A stretch of 64,000 nt of DNA from an uncultured Acidimicrobiales bacterium. GTDB lineage: Bacteria; Actinomycetota; Acidimicrobiia; Acidimicrobiales; SZUA-35. The notes beneath the pieces are model-generated. The model did not search any database and was not told the DNA's origin. It saw only the letters and a program-made list of their open reading frames with translations. Location of the stretch: positions 179,734-243,733 of the forward strand of contig CALAJV010000001.1 in assembly GCA_937922805.1 (NCBI GenBank). Direction: 5' to 3'. A program made the translations under genes and the position numbers. Of this stretch, positions 40,964 through 50,957 are shown piece after piece (positions within the stretch are counted from its first letter, which is position 1; every line of letters begins with the position of its first letter).

Positions 40964-41314
40964 TTAGCGGTATTGAGTGGCAGCGATAATGCCAAACAGC
41001 ACCAGGCCAAGCCCACCGACCAAGTACCAGTTATTTGGTGTCCCCAGAAATCCTTCGATCATGTAGTTGACCAAAATCATGGCAAAGCCAAGTCCTAGGC
41101 CAGCAAACATCAAGATCGGCACGTAGATCGGCGACGATTGACTCGCTTGGAGAGGCTGACCGCCCCCATCAGGCCTGAATCCGCCGCCATCACTGTCAGC
41201 GTTAGATGACATCGATGAGCTCGGAGAGAACGATGAAGAAGGAGATGAAGTGTCCTTCGGAACAGTTCCCTTTGGCGTTACACGACCTGGCTTTGATTTA
41301 TCTTGACGAACCAC
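40964..41314 (-). CDS. crgA: Cell division protein CrgA
   Basis: SPIYVPILMF..GLG..ILVNY..NWYLVGGLGL..ATQYR; conserved position beside trpG/pknB. Confidence 0.85.
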   Translation of the reverse strand: MVRQDKSKPGRVTPKGTVPKDTSSPSSSFSPSSSMSSNADSDGGGFRPDGGGQPLQASQSSPIYVPILMFAGLGLGFAMILVNYMIEGFLGTPNNWYLVGGLGLVLFGIIAATQYR

Positions 41315-41341
41315 GGTCGTAAGCCTACTACGCTACGAGGG
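41315..41341. promoter_or_regulatory. Back-to-back -10 hexamers for leaderless crgA and trpG
   Basis: TACGCT (41329-34) lies 7 nt before GTG 41342; minus-strand TAGGCT (41322-27) lies 7 nt before the crgA GTG. Confidence 0.6.
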
Positions 41342-41917
41342 GTGTCCAAGCGTGTTCTCGTCATAGATAATTTTGATTCCTTCGTATACATACTGGTTCA
41401 ATACCTCGGAGAGCTAGGTGCTGAGCCAATTGTGGTCCGCAATTCGGAGTGCTCGATAGATCAAGCCGTGGCCCTGGAACCGGACGCGATACTGATCTCA
41501 CCGGGGCCTGGTCGACCGAGCGATGCTGGAATCTCCAAACAGATCATCACCAACTTCGCTCCAACGGTCCCTGTTCTAGGCGTTTGTTTAGGCCACCAAT
41601 GCATCGGAGAAATCTATGGGGGTGACGTAGTTCGAGCCCCTGAACTTATGCACGGCAAAACATCAGTAGTCAAACACACCGACGTCGGCGTCTTTCAGGG
41701 CCTTCCTTCACCGTTCGAGGCAACTCGGTATCATTCGCTGATTGTTGACCGGGCCACAATTCCAGACGAACTGGAGATCACGGCAGAAACCAACGATGGC
41801 ATTGTCATGGGCGTGCGCCATCGCGAATACAACGTGCAAGGCGTTCAGTTTCACCCAGAGTCGGTTTTGACAGTTGGCGGCAAACAACTGCTTACCAACT
41901 GGCTTAGCAACAACTAA
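41342..41917 (+). CDS. trpG: Anthranilate/aminodeoxychorismate synthase component II (glutamine amidotransferase)
   Basis: IDNFDSF, SPGPG, GVCLGHQ, RYHSL and QFHPES motifs. Confidence 0.93.
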   Translation: MSKRVLVIDNFDSFVYILVQYLGELGAEPIVVRNSECSIDQAVALEPDAILISPGPGRPSDAGISKQIITNFAPTVPVLGVCLGHQCIGEIYGGDVVRAPELMHGKTSVVKHTDVGVFQGLPSPFEATRYHSLIVDRATIPDELEITAETNDGIVMGVRHREYNVQGVQFHPESVLTVGGKQLLTNWLSNN

Positions 41918-41931
41918 CTGACCGGCGCCAG

Positions 41932-44142
41932 CTAAGGGACAGTTGTTGTAGAGGCGTTCGGGTCGGCTGTTGTGGCAGTTGTTTCGCTCGACGGCGGAAG
42001 CGTCGAAGTGGTTGTCGTTTGCTGGCCCTCGCGACCAATTCGTATGGTTACTGGTTGACCCTGCAAGATTTGACTACCGGCTGGCGGCTGAATGTCGACT
42101 ACCTTCCCAATGTTGGGATCGCCAGCTGGGAGATCGATTCCTTCACCTACGACGACAATTATCTGCTCGTTCTCCAGAGCCGTTTCGGCGGCGTCTTGGG
42201 CTTTGCCTCGAACGTCGGGAACCTGAACGTTCGTTGGCCCGCTTGAGATAAACACAGTGATCTTTTCGTTGGTCGCTGCCAGCTGTCCGCTTGGCGGTTC
42301 TGACCGAATCACGAGACCGGCAGCCACCAAGCCAGAGTTCTCATCTTGGCTGATGTAGTCAATGAAGCCCGCGTTCTCAAGGAGACCATTGGCAACAGCT
42401 AGCTCTCGACCTTTCAGATCTGGAACCTGCACCTGTGATGGGCCCTGAGAAATTATGATCTCAACTCGGAGTCCTTGATTTACCACTTGCCCGGCTTCAG
42501 GGCTTTGACTAATGACGTCGCCTTCAGGAACTTCTTGGTCAAACTCACGGTCGACGGAACTTCCGAAACCCAGCCGTTCTAGCTCTGCTTCGGCTGCCTC
42601 TAACGTCAGCCCCAAGACGTTGGGAACTGTTTCTTTTTGTTCCGCAGCACCGACGAAAAGCGTAACAACAGTGCCCGGTTCAGCTCGTACCCCACCCTCG
42701 GGCTCTTGCGAATCAACGATATTGGGAGCAAGGCCTTCCTTCTCAACAAAGATCGGATCAGCTACTTCGAACCCAGCGTCGGTTAGACGATTCCGGGCGG
42801 CCGTGAACTCTTCATCAACCACGGTCGGTATTTGAACGGTGGTTGAAGCAAACTCTGCCTCTTGGGAGTCATCGCCGATTGTGTTCGAAATGTACACAAT
42901 GAGACCGATGAGAGAGACCAGAAGAACGGCCAGCATTACAACGAATACGCCTGTTCTACTCGGCGGCTCATAGTATTCTTCCACTGGTTCTTGCTGCCTT
43001 ACTGCGGCCGACGCGGGCACGGCTCGCGATGTGTCAATGACGGCCCTCGTCGATCCAGTGTCAACTAGGTTCGAAGGCATCGCCATCGTGGAATCGGGGG
43101 TTGGATGGATATCGGCAACAGTGGCGTTGACGGCGGCAGGGTTCGGCGCTTCTGTTGGGGCCGGTGGCCGCTGAACTGGTTGTACTCTGGTGGCGCCAGC
43201 CTGAGCTACTTGGGCCGGTTGGCTGCCGGCTGCGATGCCTTGGAGCGGTTGACCTTCTCGGTAACGACGCAAATCGGCGCGCAAATCTTCAGCCGCCGGG
43301 TAGCGGGCTGCTGGATCTTTGTCGAGCAATCGGTTGATTAACAAATCGAGATCTCGGGGCACTGCCGGGTTTCGGCTTGATGCCATCGGGGCTACATCTT
43401 GAACATGTTTGTAGGCAATGGCTACTGGCGAATTCCCAAGGAATGGCGGTTCTCCGGTCAGCATCTCGAAGATCACGATGCCGAGAGAATACAGATCGCT
43501 TCTCGGATCGACCGGCTTGCCCTGAGCCTGTTCGGGCGAGAAGTAGCTCGCAGTTCCCATGACCGACCCAGTCTGGGTTAGCTCGTCGTCGGCGCCGCCG
43601 AACGCTCGGGCGATTCCGAAGTCAGCCACCTTAACCTGGCCGGCGTGATTGATCATGATGTTGCCCGGCTTCACATCACGATGCACGGTTCCGTTTCGGT
43701 GAGCGAATCCAAGGGCAGCCGCAACTTCGGTGGCGATCTCAGCGGCCCGATCCGGATAGATATGACCTTGAGCTGCGACTAGCTCGGCCAGAGTCTGCCC
43801 TTCAACGTATTCCATAACGATGAAGTAGGTGTTTTCGTGCTCGCCCCAGTCATAGACAGAAACGATGCTCGGGTGATTCAAGTTCGCCGCCGCTTGAGCC
43901 TCTCGCCGAAAGCGGGCCACGAACGTTGGGTCCGAAGCGAACTGCGGAAACAGAACCTTCACCGCCACCGGTCGATCGAGTAGCTGATCTTTGGCTAGGA
44001 AGACATCGGCCATACCGCCCCGAGCAATTCGTCGGTGCAGTTCATATCGACCATTGAGGACCGGTCGTTCGGAAGGTTGTCGGGTACTGTCAGTCACAAC
44101 AGGATTGATTTTACTGACATCGAGCCGCCAATCACCCGTCAA
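41932..44142 (-). CDS. pknB: PASTA-domain Ser/Thr protein kinase PknB
   Basis: GGMADV, VAVK, HRDVKPGN, DFGIAR; TM helix; four PASTA repeats. Start may be GTG 44097. Confidence 0.96.
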   Translation of the reverse strand: MTGDWRLDVSKINPVVTDSTRQPSERPVLNGRYELHRRIARGGMADVFLAKDQLLDRPVAVKVLFPQFASDPTFVARFRREAQAAANLNHPSIVSVYDWGEHENTYFIVMEYVEGQTLAELVAAQGHIYPDRAAEIATEVAAALGFAHRNGTVHRDVKPGNIMINHAGQVKVADFGIARAFGGADDELTQTGSVMGTASYFSPEQAQGKPVDPRSDLYSLGIVIFEMLTGEPPFLGNSPVAIAYKHVQDVAPMASSRNPAVPRDLDLLINRLLDKDPAARYPAAEDLRADLRRYREGQPLQGIAAGSQPAQVAQAGATRVQPVQRPPAPTEAPNPAAVNATVADIHPTPDSTMAMPSNLVDTGSTRAVIDTSRAVPASAAVRQQEPVEEYYEPPSRTGVFVVMLAVLLVSLIGLIVYISNTIGDDSQEAEFASTTVQIPTVVDEEFTAARNRLTDAGFEVADPIFVEKEGLAPNIVDSQEPEGGVRAEPGTVVTLFVGAAEQKETVPNVLGLTLEAAEAELERLGFGSSVDREFDQEVPEGDVISQSPEAGQVVNQGLRVEIIISQGPSQVQVPDLKGRELAVANGLLENAGFIDYISQDENSGLVAAGLVIRSEPPSGQLAATNEKITVFISSGPTNVQVPDVRGKAQDAAETALENEQIIVVVGEGIDLPAGDPNIGKVVDIQPPAGSQILQGQPVTIRIGREGQQTTTTSTLPPSSETTATTADPNASTTTVP

Positions 44143-44148
44143 CCTGAT

Positions 44149-45657
44149 TTACTCGAAAAATTGTTCGAATAGACCCCGGGCGATCGGTACTGCTTCAGCG
44201 CCACCAGTCTGGTCGCGTGACCCTTCTTGCCCCTCAACCAACACCGCCACAGCCAGCTCTGGAGCCCCTCCAGGGCGTCCAGCGAAGGCAATGACCCACG
44301 CATGGGACCGGGGCGGATCCGTGCCTAACTGGGCCGTTCCTGTCTTAGCTCCAACAACCAGGCCTTCGGGAGCAATTCCTGAAGCTGATCCTCGTTCGGC
44401 AACGTCAATCATCGCGATCGTCAGCTGTTGAGCTGTTTCTTTGTCAATCGCAGGCCGCCAAGCACCAGGAGATATAGATTTTACTTCTCGCGACGTTTCG
44501 GCGTCTTCGACTCTCTTGCCGACATGAGGGGTTGGCATTGCACCACCATTGGACACTGCTGAGGCCACCAAGGCCATTTGCAACGGCGTGGCCGAAACAT
44601 CGTTTTGCCCAATAGCCGATTGGGCCAACGCCGGAGTATTTTCAAACACACCGGCTGGCAATTCGTTTGTTGGTTCTCGTACTTGGGCGCCAAAGTCAGT
44701 GGGGAAATTGCTGGATACTCCGCCTTGCAAGTCGAAGGGCAGTTCGTCATTAAACCCGAATTGTTGTGCCGATCGGATCATCGGCCCTGGCCCAAGATCT
44801 TCGGCCGCCATTTGAGCAAAAGCCGTGTTGCAAGAGACCACCAACAACTCTGTTAGGTTCCCACCGCAGGTACTTCCGCCGAAGTTCGTTAACGGTCGTT
44901 CGGTAAGCGGTGGAGTGTAGCTATCGACTTGGTCGTATACCGGCTGGGTCAGCGTGGCCACGTTGTTTTCGATGGCGGAGGCGCTGGTAACTATCTTGAA
45001 GGTTGAGCCGGGCGGGAACCGCTCTCGAAATGTCCGAGCTCGCAGAGGGTTTCCTTCAGCATTGAGAAGTTCAGTCCACGCCTCGTTTGCGAGCGTGCTG
45101 TCATTGGTCGATAGTCGGTTCGGATCGTAGGCCGGGTAGCTCCACATAGCGTGCACCTCACCCGATACTGGGTCGAGCGCGACGACAGAACCATCTCGAT
45201 CGCCGAGCAGATCTCTGGCTGCGACTTGCATGTCGTGATCGATAGTTAGAATCACGTTGCCATAGGGATTCCCACCACCTATCAGGTCGATAAACCCATC
45301 GGCCGCTTGCTGATCGGTCCGGCCGACAAGCTCGTCGTTATAGACCCGTTCGACGCCGGAGGCCCCAAAGGTAAACGCGTAGTAACCGGTGATGTGGGAG
45401 TACAACTCGCCGTGGGGGTAGGTGCGCTGGGTGTCGAATGTGCCGTCTGGGGTCGATTCCGATTGGGCCACTACGACGCCGTCGCTGGTAACAATGTCAC
45501 CCCTGGGTCGGTCAAAGTCGGCCTTAACCCCCCGGGTGTTCGCTGGATGCTCGCTCAGCTCGGCAGCGTCGAACCATTGCAAACGGTTCAGTTGGACGAA
45601 CAGCAACGTGAAACAACCGAGCAGCACTATGACCACGTGTCTCAACGGTTTGTTCAT
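44149..45657 (-). CDS. pbpA: Class B penicillin-binding protein PbpA
   Basis: PGSTFK, SCN and KTG motifs; ATGA overlap with the rodA stop. Confidence 0.93.
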   Translation of the reverse strand: MNKPLRHVVIVLLGCFTLLFVQLNRLQWFDAAELSEHPANTRGVKADFDRPRGDIVTSDGVVVAQSESTPDGTFDTQRTYPHGELYSHITGYYAFTFGASGVERVYNDELVGRTDQQAADGFIDLIGGGNPYGNVILTIDHDMQVAARDLLGDRDGSVVALDPVSGEVHAMWSYPAYDPNRLSTNDSTLANEAWTELLNAEGNPLRARTFRERFPPGSTFKIVTSASAIENNVATLTQPVYDQVDSYTPPLTERPLTNFGGSTCGGNLTELLVVSCNTAFAQMAAEDLGPGPMIRSAQQFGFNDELPFDLQGGVSSNFPTDFGAQVREPTNELPAGVFENTPALAQSAIGQNDVSATPLQMALVASAVSNGGAMPTPHVGKRVEDAETSREVKSISPGAWRPAIDKETAQQLTIAMIDVAERGSASGIAPEGLVVGAKTGTAQLGTDPPRSHAWVIAFAGRPGGAPELAVAVLVEGQEGSRDQTGGAEAVPIARGLFEQFFE

Positions 45658-47033
45658 GCCGAAACCGCCTTCCACTTAGCTCTGGTCTGGGCGCTAACCG
45701 ATATTTCGTTCGAACGGTCTGAAATCTCGTTGAGTTCTTCGGCTGCTTGTTCGACGGAGTTATGCGATATCCGAACCAAGATGGCCAAGATCACATAGTT
45801 AGCAATTAGCGATGACCCTCCGTAAGAAACAAACGGCAGGGTGACGCCGGTTAGCGGCAAGATCCGGAGTATTCCGCCCATGATGATAAAGGCCTGGAAT
45901 CCAAGCAGAGCGGTAAGCCCAGCCGCTAGCAGCGTTTCAAACGGCGACCGAGCATTGAGGGCTACTCGAAAGCCGGTCCCGACAAAAAAGAGGAACGTGA
46001 CTAGGATCGCCGTTGCGCCAAGCAGGCCGAGCTCTTCTCCGAAGGCGGCGAAGATCATATCGGTCTCTACCTCAGGAATTCTCCTTGGAACCCCTTGACC
46101 TAGCCCGGTTCCGGTTAGTCCGCCGTCAGCAAATGCGAAGGCTGATTCAACAATTTGAAAGCCTGCGCCTTTTGGATCAGCGAACGGGTCAATCCAAATG
46201 TCGACACGGTCTTGTACGTGGCCAAACAAACGCCAGGCCACCACCGCTCCGAGCATGAAGAGAAACAAACCGGTAAACACATACACGGCTCGACTAGTGG
46301 CCAGGTAAATCATTACGACGAAGAGGGTAAAGAAGAGCAAGGACGAACCAAGATCTCGCTGAGCGACCATCACCATCAGGGCGACGCCCCAGGCTAAAAG
46401 CAGCGGGCCGAAGTGTTTAACGTCGGGGACGCTGAGGGGTCCGAACTTTCGATTGGTTAACGTCAGAAGCTCACGCTTGTCCACTAAGTAACCGGCAAGG
46501 AAGCAGGCCAACACAACTTTGGCGAACTCGCCCGGCTGAATGGTGAACGATCCAATTCGAATCCAAATCTGAGCTCCGTTTACTGTAGCCCCCAGTTTCG
46601 GGACTAGCGGCAGCAGCAGCAAAAGAACGCCCAACAGCGCCAGGGTGTACTTGAACGGTTCGAGCTTTCGGGGATCTCTTAGGACGACCAACACGATGGC
46701 GAAGGCGACAAGGCCGATGAAGATCCAGGCCGATTGCTTTGCTGCTCGGCTCTCGTCGAGCCGGGAGATCATTACGTAGCCGACACCGTTTAGCAGCGCG
46801 GCCAGGGGCAAGAGAAGTCCATCGGCGAGCGGAGCCAAAATTCTAACGACTACATGGGCCGCCATGAGCAGGGCAACGACAAATACTAAAAACAGGCCGA
46901 CTTGGACCTGAAGCTCAGTATCGATGTCACTAGTGTTTTCGCTGCTGGTGCTAAGCAGAACCAGGCCGTAGCCCACGCAGGTGATAATCGAAGCCAGGAC
47001 CAGTAGGCCAAGCTCGACAGTACGAGACTTCAT
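45654..47033 (-). CDS. rodA: SEDS family protein RodA
   Basis: QPGEFAK, QRDLG, PEVETD and PLTGVTLPFVSYGGSS motifs. Confidence 0.94.
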   Translation of the reverse strand: MKSRTVELGLLVLASIITCVGYGLVLLSTSSENTSDIDTELQVQVGLFLVFVVALLMAAHVVVRILAPLADGLLLPLAALLNGVGYVMISRLDESRAAKQSAWIFIGLVAFAIVLVVLRDPRKLEPFKYTLALLGVLLLLLPLVPKLGATVNGAQIWIRIGSFTIQPGEFAKVVLACFLAGYLVDKRELLTLTNRKFGPLSVPDVKHFGPLLLAWGVALMVMVAQRDLGSSLLFFTLFVVMIYLATSRAVYVFTGLFLFMLGAVVAWRLFGHVQDRVDIWIDPFADPKGAGFQIVESAFAFADGGLTGTGLGQGVPRRIPEVETDMIFAAFGEELGLLGATAILVTFLFFVGTGFRVALNARSPFETLLAAGLTALLGFQAFIIMGGILRILPLTGVTLPFVSYGGSSLIANYVILAILVRISHNSVEQAAEELNEISDRSNEISVSAQTRAKWKAVSA

Positions 47034-47036
47034 TTC

Positions 47037-48743
47037 CTAGCCGTCAGTGTCGGCAGCAGGTGCTTCATCTTCACTAGTCGACACGTTACCAGCCGACCCA
47101 TCGTCGGCATCGTCAGCTGAATCCGACTCGTTTGGGACGGTGTCACCTTCGCCGTCGACCAAGGTGCCAGTTTCTATGTCTTCGAATTCGGCAACTGCTG
47201 CTCTTGCGTCTTCCAGCGATGAGAACTCGTTGGTCTGCATGGAAGTCACTGAGCCATCGGAAAGGTTGTCGATATTTCGGTCTGGGATCTTTTCAACCTC
47301 AACCGGGTTGAACCACAAGAAACCGCCTCTGCGGCCCTGGAAGATAGCCAAGCCATCGTCGCTTTCATCTACGAAGTAGCTGGCGTCTGCGTAGGCTTGG
47401 GCACCGAACGTGCCAGCAACGAACAGACCGATTGCAATCAGTGGAGCGACCAATAGCGGCCAACGTCGCTTCTTCTCAGGAGCTACACCGTGGGCGATAA
47501 GGCCTTCATTCAAATGCTCGGCCTCATCAGAGTCGGCCAAGGCATTCGATGAGTCGACGGCGACGTCACCATCACTCAGCACGCCGCCATCACGCAGAAC
47601 CCCACCGTCATTCAGGACCCCGTCATCGGCAGGGCCATCAAGAATTGATCCAGTCGCATTTTCTGCTGAGTCGGGCTCCTCGACAAGCTCCGTCGACCCG
47701 GCGGTAGCGTTTCGGTTGCGAGTAATCCGCTCATGGGCAGCGCGGCGGGCCGCTTCGTAGTCGATTGGCCCCCGGTCGTCATCGAAATCGTCGTCGACCG
47801 CTAGTTGAGTTTGGTTGGTTCGTCCGAATGACCCATCAGGCCGCCGCGCTAGCTCAACGCCCGCTTGGGGCATCTCCGTGGTTTCTGCGTCGTTCTGGTC
47901 GGCGGTGGGTTGGTCGGCCAGAACCGTCGAAGACGTCACCGGTATTGGAGCAGTTTGGGTTTTATCGAGCGACGAGTCCGATAGCGGGACCGGGTCGAGC
48001 GTTTCGTCAGCCTGGTCGGCGACTAGCAATTCGCCAGTTCCTTCGATGATGTCAACGACAGCTACCGTGACATTGTCTCGGCAAGGAGTCCCCATGGTCA
48101 CTTCGACGAGGGTTTGAGCCGCAGTTGCCGGGTCTTTAATGTCAATCAAAATTTGCTTGAACTCGTCTTCGGGAACCTCGTTGAACAGCCCATCGCTGCA
48201 AAGAAGTAAGCGGTCGCCCGCTCTAACCTCGACGGCAAACCGATCAACTTCAACGTCTGGAGCGATACCTAACGCTCGAGTTAAGATATTGCGCTGCGGG
48301 TGAACGGCAGCTTCTTCGGGGGTGAGTCGACCTTGACGGACTAGATCTTCGACCAGGCTGTGATCGTCGGTGACCTGGCCCATATGTTGACCTCGTAGCC
48401 AGTACGCCCGGCTGTCGCCGACGTTGACAACGGTCATGGTGTCGTCTTCGTGCAACGTCAGAGCGACGAGCGTTGTGCCCATTCCGTAGAGCTCCGGATC
48501 GGAACCAGCTTGGGAATGGACATTGTTGTTAGCCGACTCAACCAGAGTGACTAGATCGTCGGCGCTAGGAGGTTCGAGGACTGGTTCGAACTCGCCAATA
48601 GCAAGCTGAGCTGCTTCGGCTCCACCCTTGTGCCCACCCATGCCGTCGGCCAATACCGCGATCGGGCCTCGGTAATAGGCGCGGTCCTGATTCGTTTCGC
48701 GGACGTGGCCCTTATCGGACGCGGTGGCTCCCTGAAGCTTCAT
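47037..48743 (-). CDS. pstP: PP2C-family Ser/Thr phosphatase PstP
   Basis: RETNQD, ADGMGGH, VGDSRAY, LCSDGL and DNVT motifs; long linker, TM helix and extracellular domain. Confidence 0.92.
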   Translation of the reverse strand: MKLQGATASDKGHVRETNQDRAYYRGPIAVLADGMGGHKGGAEAAQLAIGEFEPVLEPPSADDLVTLVESANNNVHSQAGSDPELYGMGTTLVALTLHEDDTMTVVNVGDSRAYWLRGQHMGQVTDDHSLVEDLVRQGRLTPEEAAVHPQRNILTRALGIAPDVEVDRFAVEVRAGDRLLLCSDGLFNEVPEDEFKQILIDIKDPATAAQTLVEVTMGTPCRDNVTVAVVDIIEGTGELLVADQADETLDPVPLSDSSLDKTQTAPIPVTSSTVLADQPTADQNDAETTEMPQAGVELARRPDGSFGRTNQTQLAVDDDFDDDRGPIDYEAARRAAHERITRNRNATAGSTELVEEPDSAENATGSILDGPADDGVLNDGGVLRDGGVLSDGDVAVDSSNALADSDEAEHLNEGLIAHGVAPEKKRRWPLLVAPLIAIGLFVAGTFGAQAYADASYFVDESDDGLAIFQGRRGGFLWFNPVEVEKIPDRNIDNLSDGSVTSMQTNEFSSLEDARAAVAEFEDIETGTLVDGEGDTVPNESDSADDADDGSAGNVSTSEDEAPAADTDG

Positions 48744-49201
48744 CAGCGGAGCTCCAAAACTATGCCGCCGAGCTGGACTCGATCACCGGCATTTGCTTGA
48801 ACTGCTGCGGTCACTCGTTGTTGGTTGATATAGGTTCCATTTGTTGAACCTAGATCTTCGACCACGATGCCACCGTCAGAAGGCGAAACTCGCGCGTGAA
48901 GTTGAGACATAAAAGTATCGTCCAAAGAAATCTGACAGCCCGCCGCACGGCCGATGGTTAGTTCTCTCATAACCTCGAATTGTCTCCCGGCGTATGTTGG
49001 GGGCTCTAAGACCACTAGATTCAGAGCCCGAGCTACCGACGGACTTTCATTCCGGCCAAATCTTGAATTCTTACCTTGCACTCGCCGTACTGCAATATTT
49101 GTAGTCGACCCGAACCATGTTGCTTGTAGCACTCGGAAGAAGAACAAATATATAAGCGCCAACAACGACCACTTCAACAACGTTAGGAGAGCGTCAGGCA
49201 C
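48743..49201 (-). CDS. fhaB: FHA-domain protein FhaB
   Basis: N-terminal TM helix; IGRA..SQLHA..DLGSTNGT. Confidence 0.9.
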   Translation of the reverse strand: MPDALLTLLKWSLLALIYLFFFRVLQATWFGSTTNIAVRRVQGKNSRFGRNESPSVARALNLVVLEPPTYAGRQFEVMRELTIGRAAGCQISLDDTFMSQLHARVSPSDGGIVVEDLGSTNGTYINQQRVTAAVQANAGDRVQLGGIVLELR

Positions 49202-49240
49202 AATGCATCCTAGTGACTAGGAAATTACCTAGTGCAGGCA

Positions 49241-49903
49241 CTATGGCCTACGAAACCGTAATTTAATAGGGCCAAGGACAATTTCATCACCGTCGTTCAA
49301 GATCTGACGCTCTATCCGCTGACCATTTATTTTGCACCCATTGGTCGAACCGAGGTCAACTAACTGGTATTCATCGCCCACTGGGTGGACTTCAGCGTGT
49401 TGACGAGACACATTCTGGTCATCAATCACAATATCTGATGTGGAAAGGCGGCCAATCGTCATCACGCCGTCTTTAAGAGCGTAATGCTGCCCCTGAGGCC
49501 CCTCAATCCAACTATCTGGCTTGGAATCGGCGATTCGTTCGTCATATGACGGGTGGAGACGGAATATCCCAACCCGTAGTGTGGGGTCGGCCTGAAATTC
49601 AATCGATACCCGCCCTAGAAAATTCAGATTCTCTTGAGCCGCATAGCCGCGCACAGTGGCGGTCAATTCGGTCAACAACGATTGCTGAACCTGGGTAAAG
49701 CGCTGGAAATCTTCCATCGCGACCCGGATAACAAATCGGTTTGGCGCTAAAAAACGGCCGCGGATATCGACTGTGCGGCTCGCTTCCATCTCTCTAACCA
49801 GGCGTCTCCCGATTTCGACAGGCTGAAGACCACTTTTGAAGGCACGCGAAAACACTCCTTCAACAAGCCGTTCGAGGCGGTCCTCGAAGCTCTTCATGAC
49901 CAT
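49241..49903 (-). CDS. fhaA: DUF3662 + FHA protein FhaA
   Basis: FEDRLERLVEGVFSRAFKSGLQPVEI..APN; IGR..SRQHA..DLGSTNG. Confidence 0.9.
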   Translation of the reverse strand: MVMKSFEDRLERLVEGVFSRAFKSGLQPVEIGRRLVREMEASRTVDIRGRFLAPNRFVIRVAMEDFQRFTQVQQSLLTELTATVRGYAAQENLNFLGRVSIEFQADPTLRVGIFRLHPSYDERIADSKPDSWIEGPQGQHYALKDGVMTIGRLSTSDIVIDDQNVSRQHAEVHPVGDEYQLVDLGSTNGCKINGQRIERQILNDGDEIVLGPIKLRFRRP

Positions 49904-50042
49904 AGCTACTAATTTACTCCGTGATAGGGCTGGGATGTTGTGCAGGGAACATCAAAAAAATCCCATTTTCAGGGTATCTTCATCCACGATTATATTCGGT
50001 ACCTGGCCAGGGATTCTCGGTGGTACCATGCGTCAGTCGCTC

Positions 50043-50126
<84 letters not shown>

Positions 50127-50289
50127 CTACACATGTTGTAGTTTTTGCGGTGCTTGCAGACCTGGCGCGGGCTCAATCGGGCTCGCTTCGGTTCGCCACT
50201 CACTCAATGTCGCTTGCGGGCGGATATTCAGATCACCACTAATGAGGTCATAGACCCAATCGGTCTACCTTACCCAGTCGAGGCTTTGT

Positions 50290-50730
50290 CTAGATATGGT
50301 CGAGCCGCTCCCAGAACGAGCCCATAACCTCTAATTCATCTGGTGAAAAGTTGCTGAGGAATAGTTCGCGTACGAAAGCAGTGTGCTGAGTCGCCGCTTG
50401 CGTGAAGTGATTACGCCCGTGCTTCGTTAGCACTGCATACGCTCCCCGCCTGTCCTCTTCAGCTTCAATCCGCTCGACCAAGCCTGCCCCTTCGAGCCGG
50501 TCGACAAGCCTGCTCGTTCCGCTGTGGGTTAAGACGCTTTCGGCCGCCAGCGCCTGTATCCGGAGCCGTCCGTCTTCTTCTCGGAAGAGCCGGAGCAGGA
50601 CTTCGTATTCAGCGTGACTGAGCCCCGAGGCGCGACGCAGATTCTCCTCAAGCCTCTTGGCCAGTCGCCCGTGGGTCGACATGAAACCGCCCCAGGCTGA
50701 AGCTTCGGTTCTGGTGAAGAAGTCATCCAC
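50290..50730 (-). CDS. MarR family transcriptional regulator
   Basis: GLSHAEYEVL, SGTSRLVDRLEGAGLVER and DRRG motifs. Confidence 0.92.
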   Translation of the reverse strand: MDDFFTRTEASAWGGFMSTHGRLAKRLEENLRRASGLSHAEYEVLLRLFREEDGRLRIQALAAESVLTHSGTSRLVDRLEGAGLVERIEAEEDRRGAYAVLTKHGRNHFTQAATQHTAFVRELFLSNFSPDELEVMGSFWERLDHI

Positions 50731-50890
50731 GGTGTTTGAGCTTGCCTACCTCCGATCAAACCGTCAAGGACCAATCTACGCGACGATACCTTGCCAGCCC
50801 ATCTGCAACCCGATCCGTTCGGTTGAAATCAGCCTGCTGACGCCTCAGATGACTGACTGGATAGGGACAACCCTCGCGGTGCTGGAGTTT

Positions 50891-50912
50891 TATGCGTGCG
50901 CACGCATATACT
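50891..50912. promoter_or_regulatory. Perfect 18-bp palindrome overlapping a TATACT -10 element (candidate MarR operator)
   Basis: TATGCGTGC|GCACGCATA at 50891-50908; TATACT at 50907-50912. Confidence 0.65.
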
Positions 50913-50957
50913 CTGACGGAGGCGTTTGCGTGGACCCCGACGAGAATCGAGAAACCG

